DNA of 64,000 bases from Flavobacterium sp. (GTDB lineage Bacteria; Bacteroidota; Bacteroidia; Flavobacteriales; Flavobacteriaceae), in contig JBDTRA010000005.1 of assembly GCA_039931915.1 (NCBI GenBank), positions 16,365 through 80,364 on the forward strand. The letters are read 5' to 3'. Numbering within the stretch: the stretch's first letter is position 1; each line of letters begins with the position of its first letter. The position numbers and the translations under genes were made by a program. Of this stretch, positions 54,573 to 63,306 are shown piece after piece. Below the pieces are notes generated by a model that was not told the DNA's origin, did not search any database, and was given only the letters and a program-made list of their open reading frames with translations.

Positions 54573-55022
54573 ATGAGAACTAAAAAAAATATTACAACAG
54601 TTGTTACATCATTATTTACAATGGTACTTTTTTTAACGGTTAGTAATTCAAATGCACAAAACCAACCTAAACCAACTACAATGAAAGATTGTTGTATGAT
54701 GAAAGAGGGCAAAATGATGTGCATGAAAGATGGTAAAGCAATGCCAATGAACAAAACTATGATCATGAAAAATGGAACTACATGTGCCAGTAATGGAGAA
54801 TGCACTATGAAAGATGGTAAAAAAATGATGATGAAAGAGGGAGATTGCATGGATATGAACGGTAAAATGTGCACTGATGAAATGAAAATGATGACACAAA
54901 AGAAAACAACAAAAAAAGTTTCTTCTGCTGTGTACACTTGCCCAATGCATTCTGAAGTAGTTGGAGCTAAAGGAGGTAAATGTCCTAAATGCGGAATGGA
55001 ATTAGTATTAAAAACTAGTTAA
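54573..55022 (+). CDS. secreted Met/Cys-rich protein with a C-terminal heavy-metal-binding domain (CPMH..CPxCGM)
   Basis: Signal peptide ..LTVSNSNAQ. MKDCCMMKEGKMMCMKDGKAMPMNKTMIMK..MKDGKKMMMKEGDCMDMNGKMC. C-terminal YTCPMHSEVVGAKGGKCPKCGMELV. Confidence 0.7.
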   Translation: MRTKKNITTVVTSLFTMVLFLTVSNSNAQNQPKPTTMKDCCMMKEGKMMCMKDGKAMPMNKTMIMKNGTTCASNGECTMKDGKKMMMKEGDCMDMNGKMCTDEMKMMTQKKTTKKVSSAVYTCPMHSEVVGAKGGKCPKCGMELVLKTS

Positions 55023-55092
55023 ATTCAATAATTTAAAAATGCTATGGAGTTAAAATTCTGTAGCATTTTTATTAATTAAAAAAAATTTAAGC

Positions 55093-57330
55093 ATGAAAAA
55101 CTTAATTTTAATTAGCATTTTGTTCTTTTGCTTTAATATTATTTTAGCTCAAAAAACAGTCCGTTATGACCTTTATATTCGTGATACGATAGTCAATTTT
55201 TCAGGAAAAGAAAAGCATGCTTTTGCTGTGAATGGTCAGATTCCGATGCCAACATTAACTTTTACCGAAGGTGATATTGCTGAAATTTATGTTCATAACG
55301 AATTAAAGGAAAGCACTTCACTGCATTGGCATGGATTATTTTTACCCAATAAAGAAGACGGCGTTCCGTATTTAACGCAAATGCCGATCGCACCCAATAC
55401 AACACATAAATACAGTTTTCCGATTATTCAAAACGGAACTTATTGGTACCACAGCCATTCCGGGCTTCAGGAACAAGTTGGTTTATACGGACTTTTCATC
55501 ATCAACAAAAAGAAAGGTGACACAACTTTTAGAAAAGCTATTGATGATTTACCAACAGTTCCGGTTATTTTGAGCGAATGGACCGATTTGAAACCGGAAA
55601 ATGTACAGCGAATGCTTCATAATGCCAATGATTGGTTTGCTATAAAAAAAGGAACAACTCAAAGTTATTTCGAAGCCATTAAGCAAGCGCATTTTTCGAC
55701 CAAAGTTACCAACGAATGGAAACGAATGAATGCCATGGATGTGAGCGATGTGTATTATGAAAAGTTTTTGATTAACGGAAAAAATGACAATCAGCTTTCA
55801 CAATTTAAACCCGGAGCAAAAGTCAGGCTCAGAATTGCAAACGGAGGTGCTTCAAGTTATTTCTGGCTTACTTACGGAGGCGGAAAAATAACTGTTGTTG
55901 CCAGCGATGGAAATGATGTGGAACCTGTAGAAGTGGATCGTCTGATTATTGCCGTTTCTGAAACTTATGATGTCGTAGTTACTATTCCGGGAGACAATAA
56001 ATCTTTTGCTTTTTTGGCTACAGCCGAAGACAGAACGGGTTCGGCATCTTTATTTTTAGGTGACGGCGTTAAACAGCCTCTTGCCCATCTTTCGAAATTA
56101 AAATATTTTGAAGGAATGAAAATGATGAATGATATGATGAAAATGAACGGCGAGATGAACGACATGGGTATGAATATGTCATTGAATAAAATGGATATGA
56201 ATGCTGTAATGTATCCGGAAATCTCAGGTGAAGATGAAAATTCGAAACAAATGGATCATTCGGAACATAAAATGGAAGACATGCAAACGGCTAATGACAG
56301 CACAGAAACTGCTGAAATAGTTACTTTGAATTATGGAATGCTAAAATCCCCAACCAAAACAAATCTTCCGAAAGAAGCCAATGTAAAAGAATTACGTTTC
56401 GAATTATCCGGAAACATGAACCGTTATGTTTGGAGTTTAGACAACAAAGTAATTTCAGAAACCGATAAAATCTTAATTAAAAAAGGCGAAAATGTTCGGA
56501 TTGTAATGTACAACGGATCGATGATGCGCCATCCAATGCATTTACACGGACATGATTTCAGGGTCCTGAATGAGCATGGGGATTATTCTCCGCTTAAAAA
56601 TGTAATTGATATTATGCCAATGGAAACCGACACTATCGAATTTCAGGCAAATGCAGATGGTGACTGGTTTTTTCATTGTCATATTTTATATCATATGATG
56701 GCGGGAATGGGACGTATTTTTAGTTATGAAAATTCAGCTCCGAATCCGTTGATTCATGATCCGAAAATGGCTTATAAAATGCTAAAAATGGATGATCGGA
56801 TGTTTCATTTCATGGCAGAAAATGATTTTGCCACAAACGGAAATGACGGAGAAGCTATGTTCAGTAATACGCGTTGGAGTATTGGAACCGAATGGAGATT
56901 GGGTTATAAAGATCATCATGGTTATGAAACCGAAACGCATATTGGCCGCTATATTGGAAAAAATCAATGGCTTTTCCCTTTTATTGGTTTTGACTGGCGC
57001 TACAGGAAAATGAAGGAAGACGAAATAGAAAAAAATCTTTTCGGGCAAACCAATACCAAAGACAACCGTTCGGTTTTTAGTGCCGGTCTTGAATATACTT
57101 TGCCCATGCTAATAAAAGCTCAGCTCGAGATTTACACCGATGGAAACGTACGTTTGCAATTTGAACGAAAAGATATTCCGCTTTCAAGACGTTTACGAAT
57201 GAGTTTGATGTGGAATACGGATAAAGAATATATGGGAGGTTTGAAATATATCGTAGCCAGAAACTTTGGAATCACAACACATTATGACAGCGATATGGGA
57301 GTTGGTTTTGGCGTTAATTTGAATTATTAA
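55093..57330 (+). CDS. multicopper oxidase (CopA/PcoA type) with a Met-rich insert and a C-terminal CopB-like domain
   Basis: Copper ligand motifs LHWHG, YWYHSHSG, HPMHLHGHDF, HCHILYHMMAGM. Met-rich stretch MKMMNDMMKMNGEMNDMGMNMSLNKMDMN. The last 180 aa (from 56788) form a beta-rich CopB-like domain. Confidence 0.85.
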   Translation: MKNLILISILFFCFNIILAQKTVRYDLYIRDTIVNFSGKEKHAFAVNGQIPMPTLTFTEGDIAEIYVHNELKESTSLHWHGLFLPNKEDGVPYLTQMPIAPNTTHKYSFPIIQNGTYWYHSHSGLQEQVGLYGLFIINKKKGDTTFRKAIDDLPTVPVILSEWTDLKPENVQRMLHNANDWFAIKKGTTQSYFEAIKQAHFSTKVTNEWKRMNAMDVSDVYYEKFLINGKNDNQLSQFKPGAKVRLRIANGGASSYFWLTYGGGKITVVASDGNDVEPVEVDRLIIAVSETYDVVVTIPGDNKSFAFLATAEDRTGSASLFLGDGVKQPLAHLSKLKYFEGMKMMNDMMKMNGEMNDMGMNMSLNKMDMNAVMYPEISGEDENSKQMDHSEHKMEDMQTANDSTETAEIVTLNYGMLKSPTKTNLPKEANVKELRFELSGNMNRYVWSLDNKVISETDKILIKKGENVRIVMYNGSMMRHPMHLHGHDFRVLNEHGDYSPLKNVIDIMPMETDTIEFQANADGDWFFHCHILYHMMAGMGRIFSYENSAPNPLIHDPKMAYKMLKMDDRMFHFMAENDFATNGNDGEAMFSNTRWSIGTEWRLGYKDHHGYETETHIGRYIGKNQWLFPFIGFDWRYRKMKEDEIEKNLFGQTNTKDNRSVFSAGLEYTLPMLIKAQLEIYTDGNVRLQFERKDIPLSRRLRMSLMWNTDKEYMGGLKYIVARNFGITTHYDSDMGVGFGVNLNY

Positions 57331-57447
57331 TTTTTTTTGAACCTATAAGTTATGTAAAGTCATTTAAGATATCCTTTTGTTTGTTTTTGCAATGTAAAGT
57401 TTATATGTACTTAAATAACTTATATGGTTCAAAAAAGCGTCCTGCAT

Positions 57448-58392
57448 TTAAACCGTAATTACAATTTTCCCAACAGTTCTTCCTGTTTCTAATTGTAGAT
57501 GTGCTTTTTTCATTTCATCAAATGAAAAAATTTGTGAAACGTGAGATTTGATAATTCCTTTCTGCATTAAATCAGCAGCAGTATTGATGTCCGGACCGGA
57601 AGATTTAACGAAAACAGCAAACAAATCAATCTTTTTGTTTTTCGCTTTTTCTACATATTCAGGAGCAATTTCTCCCAAAATATAAATAATTTTTCCGTCT
57701 GGCTTTACAACATTTATAGAACGATTGTTAATTTCATCTGAAATTGGATTTAAAACCAAATCAATATCTGAAACTTCACTTTCAAAATCTGTTTTGGTAT
57801 AATCTATATGAAGGTCAGCACCATTTTGCAAGACAAATGCTGCGTTCTTTTCAGACGAAGTTCCAATAACGTATGCTTTAAAATGTTTGGCAATTTGTGT
57901 CGCATAATGTCCAACCCCGCCGGAAGCACCGTGAATTAAAACTCTGTCACCTTCTTTTATTTTTCCGTTTGTAACTAATGCCTGCCACGCTGTTAGAAAA
58001 GCAAGTGTGGCTGCTGCAGCTTGTTCATGAGAAATAGTTGAAGGTTTTAAAGCCAAATGCGAAGCCGGAGCTGCAACATATTCGGCATAAGCTTTTCCAT
58101 TACCGCGATAATTTACCATTCCGAATACTTCATCATTTAATTTAAATTGGGATACATTCTTTCCTGATTCCACAACAGTCCCGGATATGTCCCAGCCTAG
58201 AATAACCGGACGTTCGTCTCCAAACAATCGATTGATCCTTTCCTCTGAAGATCTTGTTTTATAATCAACCGGATTGATGCTCAAAGCGCTGACTTTTACC
58301 AAAACCTCGTTGTCGTTAATTTCCGGTTTCGGAATATCTGCATATTTTAAGTTGGAAGCACTTCCTGCTTCGTTCAATATAATTGCTTTCAT
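57448..58392 (-). CDS. zinc-type/quinone oxidoreductase family NADPH-dependent dehydrogenase
   Basis: Start at MKAIILNEAGS (58392, or 58395 if one more Met is included). LIHGASGGVGHYATQIAK Rossmann motif. Confidence 0.8.
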   Translation of the reverse strand: MKAIILNEAGSASNLKYADIPKPEINDNEVLVKVSALSINPVDYKTRSSEERINRLFGDERPVILGWDISGTVVESGKNVSQFKLNDEVFGMVNYRGNGKAYAEYVAAPASHLALKPSTISHEQAAAATLAFLTAWQALVTNGKIKEGDRVLIHGASGGVGHYATQIAKHFKAYVIGTSSEKNAAFVLQNGADLHIDYTKTDFESEVSDIDLVLNPISDEINNRSINVVKPDGKIIYILGEIAPEYVEKAKNKKIDLFAVFVKSSGPDINTAADLMQKGIIKSHVSQIFSFDEMKKAHLQLETGRTVGKIVITV

Positions 58393-58520
58393 CATAATTT
58401 GTTTTAAAATTAAAGTACAAAAGTATAATATCAGTATCTTTGTCACAAGTATGCACTTTTTTGTATCCTACATACTAAAAGCATACTAATATTGATTATC
58501 AGTATTTTAAAAAATTAAAA

Positions 58521-58868
58521 ATGGCAAAAAATAATAATCTCAATGGTCCTACAGATGCAATTTGCTCTGTTGATTATGCTTTTAAGCGAATTGGAGGCAA
58601 ATATAAAGGTCGGATTTTATGGAATTTAAGCCTCAAAAATGTGCTTCGGTATGGTGAATTACGACGAATTATTACAGATGTAACACCAAAAATGCTCACC
58701 CAAACTTTAAGAGAACTCGAAGATGATGACTTGATTTTTCGAAAAGTATACCATGAAGTACCACCCAAAGTAGAATATTCATTAACTGAAATTGGTATGG
58801 AACTCATTCCATTTATCAGTCATTTGAGAGAATGGGGCACAAAACAGCTTGCAAAAGAGAAGGTTTGA
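58521..58868 (+). CDS. HxlR-family winged-helix transcriptional regulator
   Basis: GGKYKGRILWNL....RYGELRR.I..VTPKMLTQTLRELEDDDLI.RKVY.EVPPKVEYSLTE. Divergent from the oxidoreductase. Confidence 0.85.
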   Translation: MAKNNNLNGPTDAICSVDYAFKRIGGKYKGRILWNLSLKNVLRYGELRRIITDVTPKMLTQTLRELEDDDLIFRKVYHEVPPKVEYSLTEIGMELIPFISHLREWGTKQLAKEKV

Positions 58869-58877
58869 ATTTTAATA

Positions 58878-58924
58878 AAAAAACAGAAGTTTTAAACTAT
58901 TTAGAAAACTTCTGTTTTTTTTAT
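58878..58924 (+). terminator. rho-independent terminator
   Basis: aaacagaagtttt / aaaacttctgttt stem followed by a T-run. Confidence 0.6.
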
Positions 58925-59025
58925 TATTAGATTTATTTTAAGGAAAAAAATTAAGCTCAAATCATTAAGCTAAGCTTCCTTAATTTTCAGCAAAAAAGCC
59001 TCAATTTCTTGAAGCTTTTTTATCG

Positions 59026-59478
59026 TTATTTTAATCGGACACTCCACTCGAAATCCATTTCTGAGACCTGGTTTCCTTTTTCGTCTGTTCCTATAGATTT
59101 CATCCAGAAGGTCTGACCCTCGCCTGTGGCTATTGTTTTCTCAATGGCATCGGCAATCAGGTGTCCGTCGTTACAAACGAATGTGATTCTGCCTGTTGCT
59201 TTTTTAGAAAAGTTTCCTTTATTGTTGGCTACTAACATTGAGATCTTTCTGCCACTTTCCTGAATTTGTGAAATTACCAAAGCGCCTGTTGTTAATTCGG
59301 CTGCCATTGCCTGAACAGCAAAATACATTGAGTTAAATGGATTTTGATTGATCCAACGGTGTTTTACACTTACGATGCAACTGTCTTTGTCGATCGCTTT
59401 TACCCGAACACCACAAATGTAGGCCGATGGTAATTTGAATAATACAAATTTGTTGAGTTTGGAAACTGAAACTGCCAT
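59026..59478 (-). CDS. DUF4442-like hotdog-fold protein
   Basis: 150 aa. ..KLPSAYICGVRVKAID..NPFNSMYFAVQAMAAELTTG. The family name is from memory. Confidence 0.5.
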   Translation of the reverse strand: MAVSVSKLNKFVLFKLPSAYICGVRVKAIDKDSCIVSVKHRWINQNPFNSMYFAVQAMAAELTTGALVISQIQESGRKISMLVANNKGNFSKKATGRITFVCNDGHLIADAIEKTIATGEGQTFWMKSIGTDEKGNQVSEMDFEWSVRLK

Positions 59479-59707
59479 GTGTTTATTTTTTTATGTAAAA
59501 ATACAAAAAAACTATGCATGCACAATAAATTACTTTTACTTTCCTAAAAGACAATAAAATAAGGTATTTACATTGGTTTTCAGTGTTTTTATCATACTAA
59601 TCAAATTTTACTTTTGTTAATATTTTGTTAACATTTGGTACTATGCGAAACATAATACTAGCTTTTAGATATATATTTGCATAAGAAATTACTATATACT
59701 TTTAATC

Positions 59708-60187
59708 ATGGAAACATCAACACCACTCATCATGGAAAACACATCAGAAAAGAACACTGCAACGTTCACGCATTTAAGTACATTAAGCCAGTACATCATT
59801 CCGTTTGGGAATTATATTTTTCCGATTTTAATCTGGACGAGTTACAAAGACAAATCAGAATTTGTAAATCATCACGGGAAACAGACATTGAATTTTCAAT
59901 TGAGCCTATTGCTTTACACTTTAGTTTTAGCTTTAATTGCAATTCCGATTTTTATCACTGTTTTTTTACAAAACCTTCCAATGGAAGCTGTTTTTAACGA
60001 TGAGCATTTCACCATCACAAATTTCGACTTTGAAGGAAGTATTGGATTGTTAAGTATTGGCGCAACAGCGGTATTACTTTTTGGTTTGTTAAAAGTAGTT
60101 GAATTCTTTTTAGTAATTTATGCTTCTATAAAAACCTCGAACGGAGAATATTACAAGTATCCAATGACGATTCCTTTTATAAAGTAA
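59708..60187 (+). CDS. DUF4870-like membrane protein
   Basis: HLSTLSQYIIPFGNYIFPILIW...EFVNHHGKQTLNFQLSLLLY plus further TM segments. Confidence 0.55.
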   Translation: METSTPLIMENTSEKNTATFTHLSTLSQYIIPFGNYIFPILIWTSYKDKSEFVNHHGKQTLNFQLSLLLYTLVLALIAIPIFITVFLQNLPMEAVFNDEHFTITNFDFEGSIGLLSIGATAVLLFGLLKVVEFFLVIYASIKTSNGEYYKYPMTIPFIK

Positions 60188-60423
60188 GATCAATAAACAA
60201 TTATAAAACACTTTGACTTGTCTTAGTGTGAATATAATAAAGATTAAAAGTTATAGATTACCAAGAGCCCTAGCCCTGACAGAAGCGGCATCCTTTTTCT
60301 GGCTCTTTTAGACAGAAAAAGATATAGCGGATGGCAGGAAACAGCTCCTGAAAAAACAATCAATCATCAATCATCATCAATCAAAAAACGAATCGTTCAA
60401 TCTAAAAAAAACAAAATGAAATT

Positions 60424-60756
60424 ATGAACATTGAAAACACAAAAGCACAGATGCGCAAAGGTGTTCTTGAGTTTTGCATCTTATCTGTATTAAAAGAAAA
60501 AGACGCATATACATCTGAGATATTAGACACTTTGAAAAACGCAAAATTACTGGTTGTCGAGGGAACAGTTTACCCGCTTTTGACCAGGCTGAAAAACGAC
60601 GGTTTGCTTAATTATCGCTGGGAAGAATCGACTTCAGGGCCACCACGAAAATATTATGGATTAACCGAAATAGGACAAACATTTTTAAACGAATTAAACG
60701 GTACCTGGACAGAATTGTCGGACGCTGTAAATCTAATCACCAATCAAAATCAATAG
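60424..60756 (+). CDS. PadR-family transcriptional regulator
   Basis: LEFCILSVLKEKDAYTSEIL..EGTVYPLLTRLKNDGLLNYRWEES..GPPRKYYGLTE. Confidence 0.88.
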   Translation: MNIENTKAQMRKGVLEFCILSVLKEKDAYTSEILDTLKNAKLLVVEGTVYPLLTRLKNDGLLNYRWEESTSGPPRKYYGLTEIGQTFLNELNGTWTELSDAVNLITNQNQ

Positions 60757-60758
60757 TC

Positions 60759-62480
60759 ATGAACAAAACAGTAAATATAAACTTAGGAGGTATGTTCTTC
60801 CACATAGATGAAGATGCATATTTGAAGCTAACACGCTATTTTGACGCTATAAAACGATCATTAAACAGCTCATCCGGACAAGATGAAATCATTAAAGATA
60901 TCGAAATGCGTGTTTCTGAATTATTAACAGAAAAGCAAAAAAGCGAAAAACATGTTGTGGGATTGAAGGATGTTGACGAAGTAATTACGGTGATGGGGCA
61001 ACCTGAAGACTATATTATTGAAGACGAAACAAAAACGAATCAATCATTTAACGATAACGGAAGCAGAGGAAACAAAAAATTATACCGCGATAAAGAGAAA
61101 GGTATGATTGGTGGTGTGGCAACTGGTTTAGGGCATTATTTTGGAGTTGATGCTGTCTGGATAAAAATTATATTTTTGGTATTTGTTTTTGCCGGATTTG
61201 GAACAGGAATTTTGGCCTATTTTGTACTTTGGATTGTAACTCCTGAAGCGATTACGACATCTGAAAAACTGGAAATGACGGGTGAGCCTGTTACAATTTC
61301 GAATATCGAAAAAAAGGTTCGTGAGGAAATAGAATCATTGTCTGATAAATTTAAAAATGCAGATTATGATAAAATGGGAAACCAGGTAAAGTCGGGAGCT
61401 GAGAGAATAAGTAGTTCATTTGGAGACTTTATCATGACGGTTTTTAAAATCTTTGCGAAGTTTTTGGGAGTAATTTTAATTATATCAGGAATTAGTGTTT
61501 TAATTGCGCTTTTTATTGGGGTTTTTACTCTGGGTACTAATTTTTTTATTGAGTTTCCGTGGCAGAATTTTGTTGAAGCCGGAAATTTTACAGAATATCC
61601 GATCTGGTCATTTGGTTTGTTAATGTTATTTGCTGTTGGGATTCCGTTTTTCTTTTTGACACTTTTAGGTTTCAAATTGTTATCTCCCAACTTAAAAACT
61701 ATGGGTAATATTGCGAAATATACTTGGTTAGCCATCTGGATTATAGCTATAGCCATTACCATAAGCATTGGAATCAAGCAAGCAACAGAAATTTCAAAAG
61801 ACAATAAAACAGTTGAAAAAAAAGAAATCAATATTCTTCCAAAAGATACGCTTTATGTAAAATTCAGGTACAATGATTATTATGCTAAAGATCTTGATCA
61901 CCATAGAGAATTTGAGTTTGTACAGGATTCAGCAGACAATCAGTTGATCTATTCTACAGATGTACGCTTGCATGTTTTACATACAGATGAGGCTAGTCCT
62001 TATTTACAAATAGAAAAAAGTGCCAGAGGAAATTCGCTTATAAATGCTAAAAAAAGAGCAGAAAAAATAAATTATAACGTTGAAATTCGTGGAAATCATT
62101 TAATTTTGGATAATTATTTTCTTACAGATGTAAAAAACAAGTTTAAAGGTCAGGAAGTTGATGTATATTTGTACTTGCCAGAAGGACAATTGTTTAAACC
62201 GGATGCTTCAGTTATAGATTATGACGATTCTGATGATGATTTCTTCAACTTACACTTTAGTGGTAACTATAACTATAAAGTGGAAGGCTCTAAAATAAAA
62301 TGTTTAGATTGTCCTGCTGATGAAAACGATCATAATGATTTAGAAGAGCAAGACACTATTAAAAATGATACTGTTAAAGAGGTTTCGATTAAAATTAATG
62401 GAAAAGAAATTTTAAACAGCAAAAAAACTAACGGAAAGCTAACCACTGATAAAAACGGAGTTATAATCAAAATTAACTAA
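60759..62480 (+). CDS. PspC-domain membrane protein
   Basis: KLYRDKEKGMIGGVATGLGHYFGVDAVWIKIIFLVF is the PspC motif. Several TM segments and a large C-terminal domain. The start lies 3 nt after the PadR stop. Confidence 0.8.
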   Translation: MNKTVNINLGGMFFHIDEDAYLKLTRYFDAIKRSLNSSSGQDEIIKDIEMRVSELLTEKQKSEKHVVGLKDVDEVITVMGQPEDYIIEDETKTNQSFNDNGSRGNKKLYRDKEKGMIGGVATGLGHYFGVDAVWIKIIFLVFVFAGFGTGILAYFVLWIVTPEAITTSEKLEMTGEPVTISNIEKKVREEIESLSDKFKNADYDKMGNQVKSGAERISSSFGDFIMTVFKIFAKFLGVILIISGISVLIALFIGVFTLGTNFFIEFPWQNFVEAGNFTEYPIWSFGLLMLFAVGIPFFFLTLLGFKLLSPNLKTMGNIAKYTWLAIWIIAIAITISIGIKQATEISKDNKTVEKKEINILPKDTLYVKFRYNDYYAKDLDHHREFEFVQDSADNQLIYSTDVRLHVLHTDEASPYLQIEKSARGNSLINAKKRAEKINYNVEIRGNHLILDNYFLTDVKNKFKGQEVDVYLYLPEGQLFKPDASVIDYDDSDDDFFNLHFSGNYNYKVEGSKIKCLDCPADENDHNDLEEQDTIKNDTVKEVSIKINGKEILNSKKTNGKLTTDKNGVIIKIN

Positions 62481-62483
62481 GCC

Positions 62484-63218
62484 ATGATAAAAATAATCAT
62501 TCATATTACAAAATTCATTATTGCGACTATCACCGCATTATTATTTGCCTCATGTAATTTTAACGGCAACTCGATAGAGGGAAGCGGGAATGTTACCAAG
62601 GAAAAAAGAATTGTTCAGGGCGACTTTAAAAAAGTATCTGTAAGTAATGCAATTGATTTAGTAATCGAACAATCTGATTCTACTGAAATTATTGTTGAAG
62701 CTGATGATAATTTACAGAAAGAAATCATTACAAAGGTTGAAAACGGAACATTGGTAATTAGCTGTAAATTCGGTTCTTTTCATAATGTCAGCATGAAAAA
62801 AGTAACGGTAAAAATGCCTGTTATTGATAAACTGGAAGCCTCAAGTGCATCCTCTGTAGAAAGCAAAAACGTTATTCAGGGACAGGACATAAGTATAGAA
62901 GCTTCTAGTGCTTCGACTATTAATATTAACGTCGAATCTGACCATATTACTTGTGACTCAGGAAGCGGAAGCACTATTAATATTGAAGGAAAAGCATTAA
63001 AAATTAAAACTTCGGCCTCAAGCGGCAGTACTATTGATGCCAACAAATTATTAGCGAATGAAGTTCAGGCAGAAGCGTCAAGCGGAGCTAGTATAAATGT
63101 TCATCCAATTGTAAGCTTGAAAGCGGAAGCCAATAGCGGAGCAAGCATCAATTATGACACTACTCCAAAAAATATTGAAAAAACTTCGAATTCAGGAGGA
63201 AGCGTTAGCCAGGGTTAA
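62484..63218 (+). CDS. DUF2807/head-GIN-domain protein (lipoprotein)
   Basis: Lipobox LLFASC. Repetitive ASSASS../GSGST.. beta-helix-like rungs (EASSASTININ, GSGSTINIEG, SSGSTIDAN, SSGASINVH, NSGASINYD). Confidence 0.6.
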   Translation: MIKIIIHITKFIIATITALLFASCNFNGNSIEGSGNVTKEKRIVQGDFKKVSVSNAIDLVIEQSDSTEIIVEADDNLQKEIITKVENGTLVISCKFGSFHNVSMKKVTVKMPVIDKLEASSASSVESKNVIQGQDISIEASSASTININVESDHITCDSGSGSTINIEGKALKIKTSASSGSTIDANKLLANEVQAEASSGASINVHPIVSLKAEANSGASINYDTTPKNIEKTSNSGGSVSQG

Positions 63219-63306
63219 AACTTAGCTCTCTGTAAAATATAAAAGAAATCATTCATCAAAAGTGGATGATTTTTTTATATTTGTGAAAAATCTAATCCTA
63301 AAATTA

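Noticed and set aside
54554-54950. Two long minus-strand ORFs (127 and 100 aa, His/Phe-rich) overlapping the Met-rich gene.
   Set aside because: They are the mirror image of ATG/AAG-rich sense codons (CAT/CTT antisense). The plus-strand ORF has a signal peptide and the conserved CPMH..CPxCGM domain, so these are shadow ORFs.
59677-59997. A 106-aa ORF overlapping the start of the DUF4870-like gene in another frame.
   Set aside because: The overlapping frame 59708-60187 has coherent TM helices and the family motif. The 59677 ORF is Cys/His/Phe-rich, which is typical of an off-frame translation.
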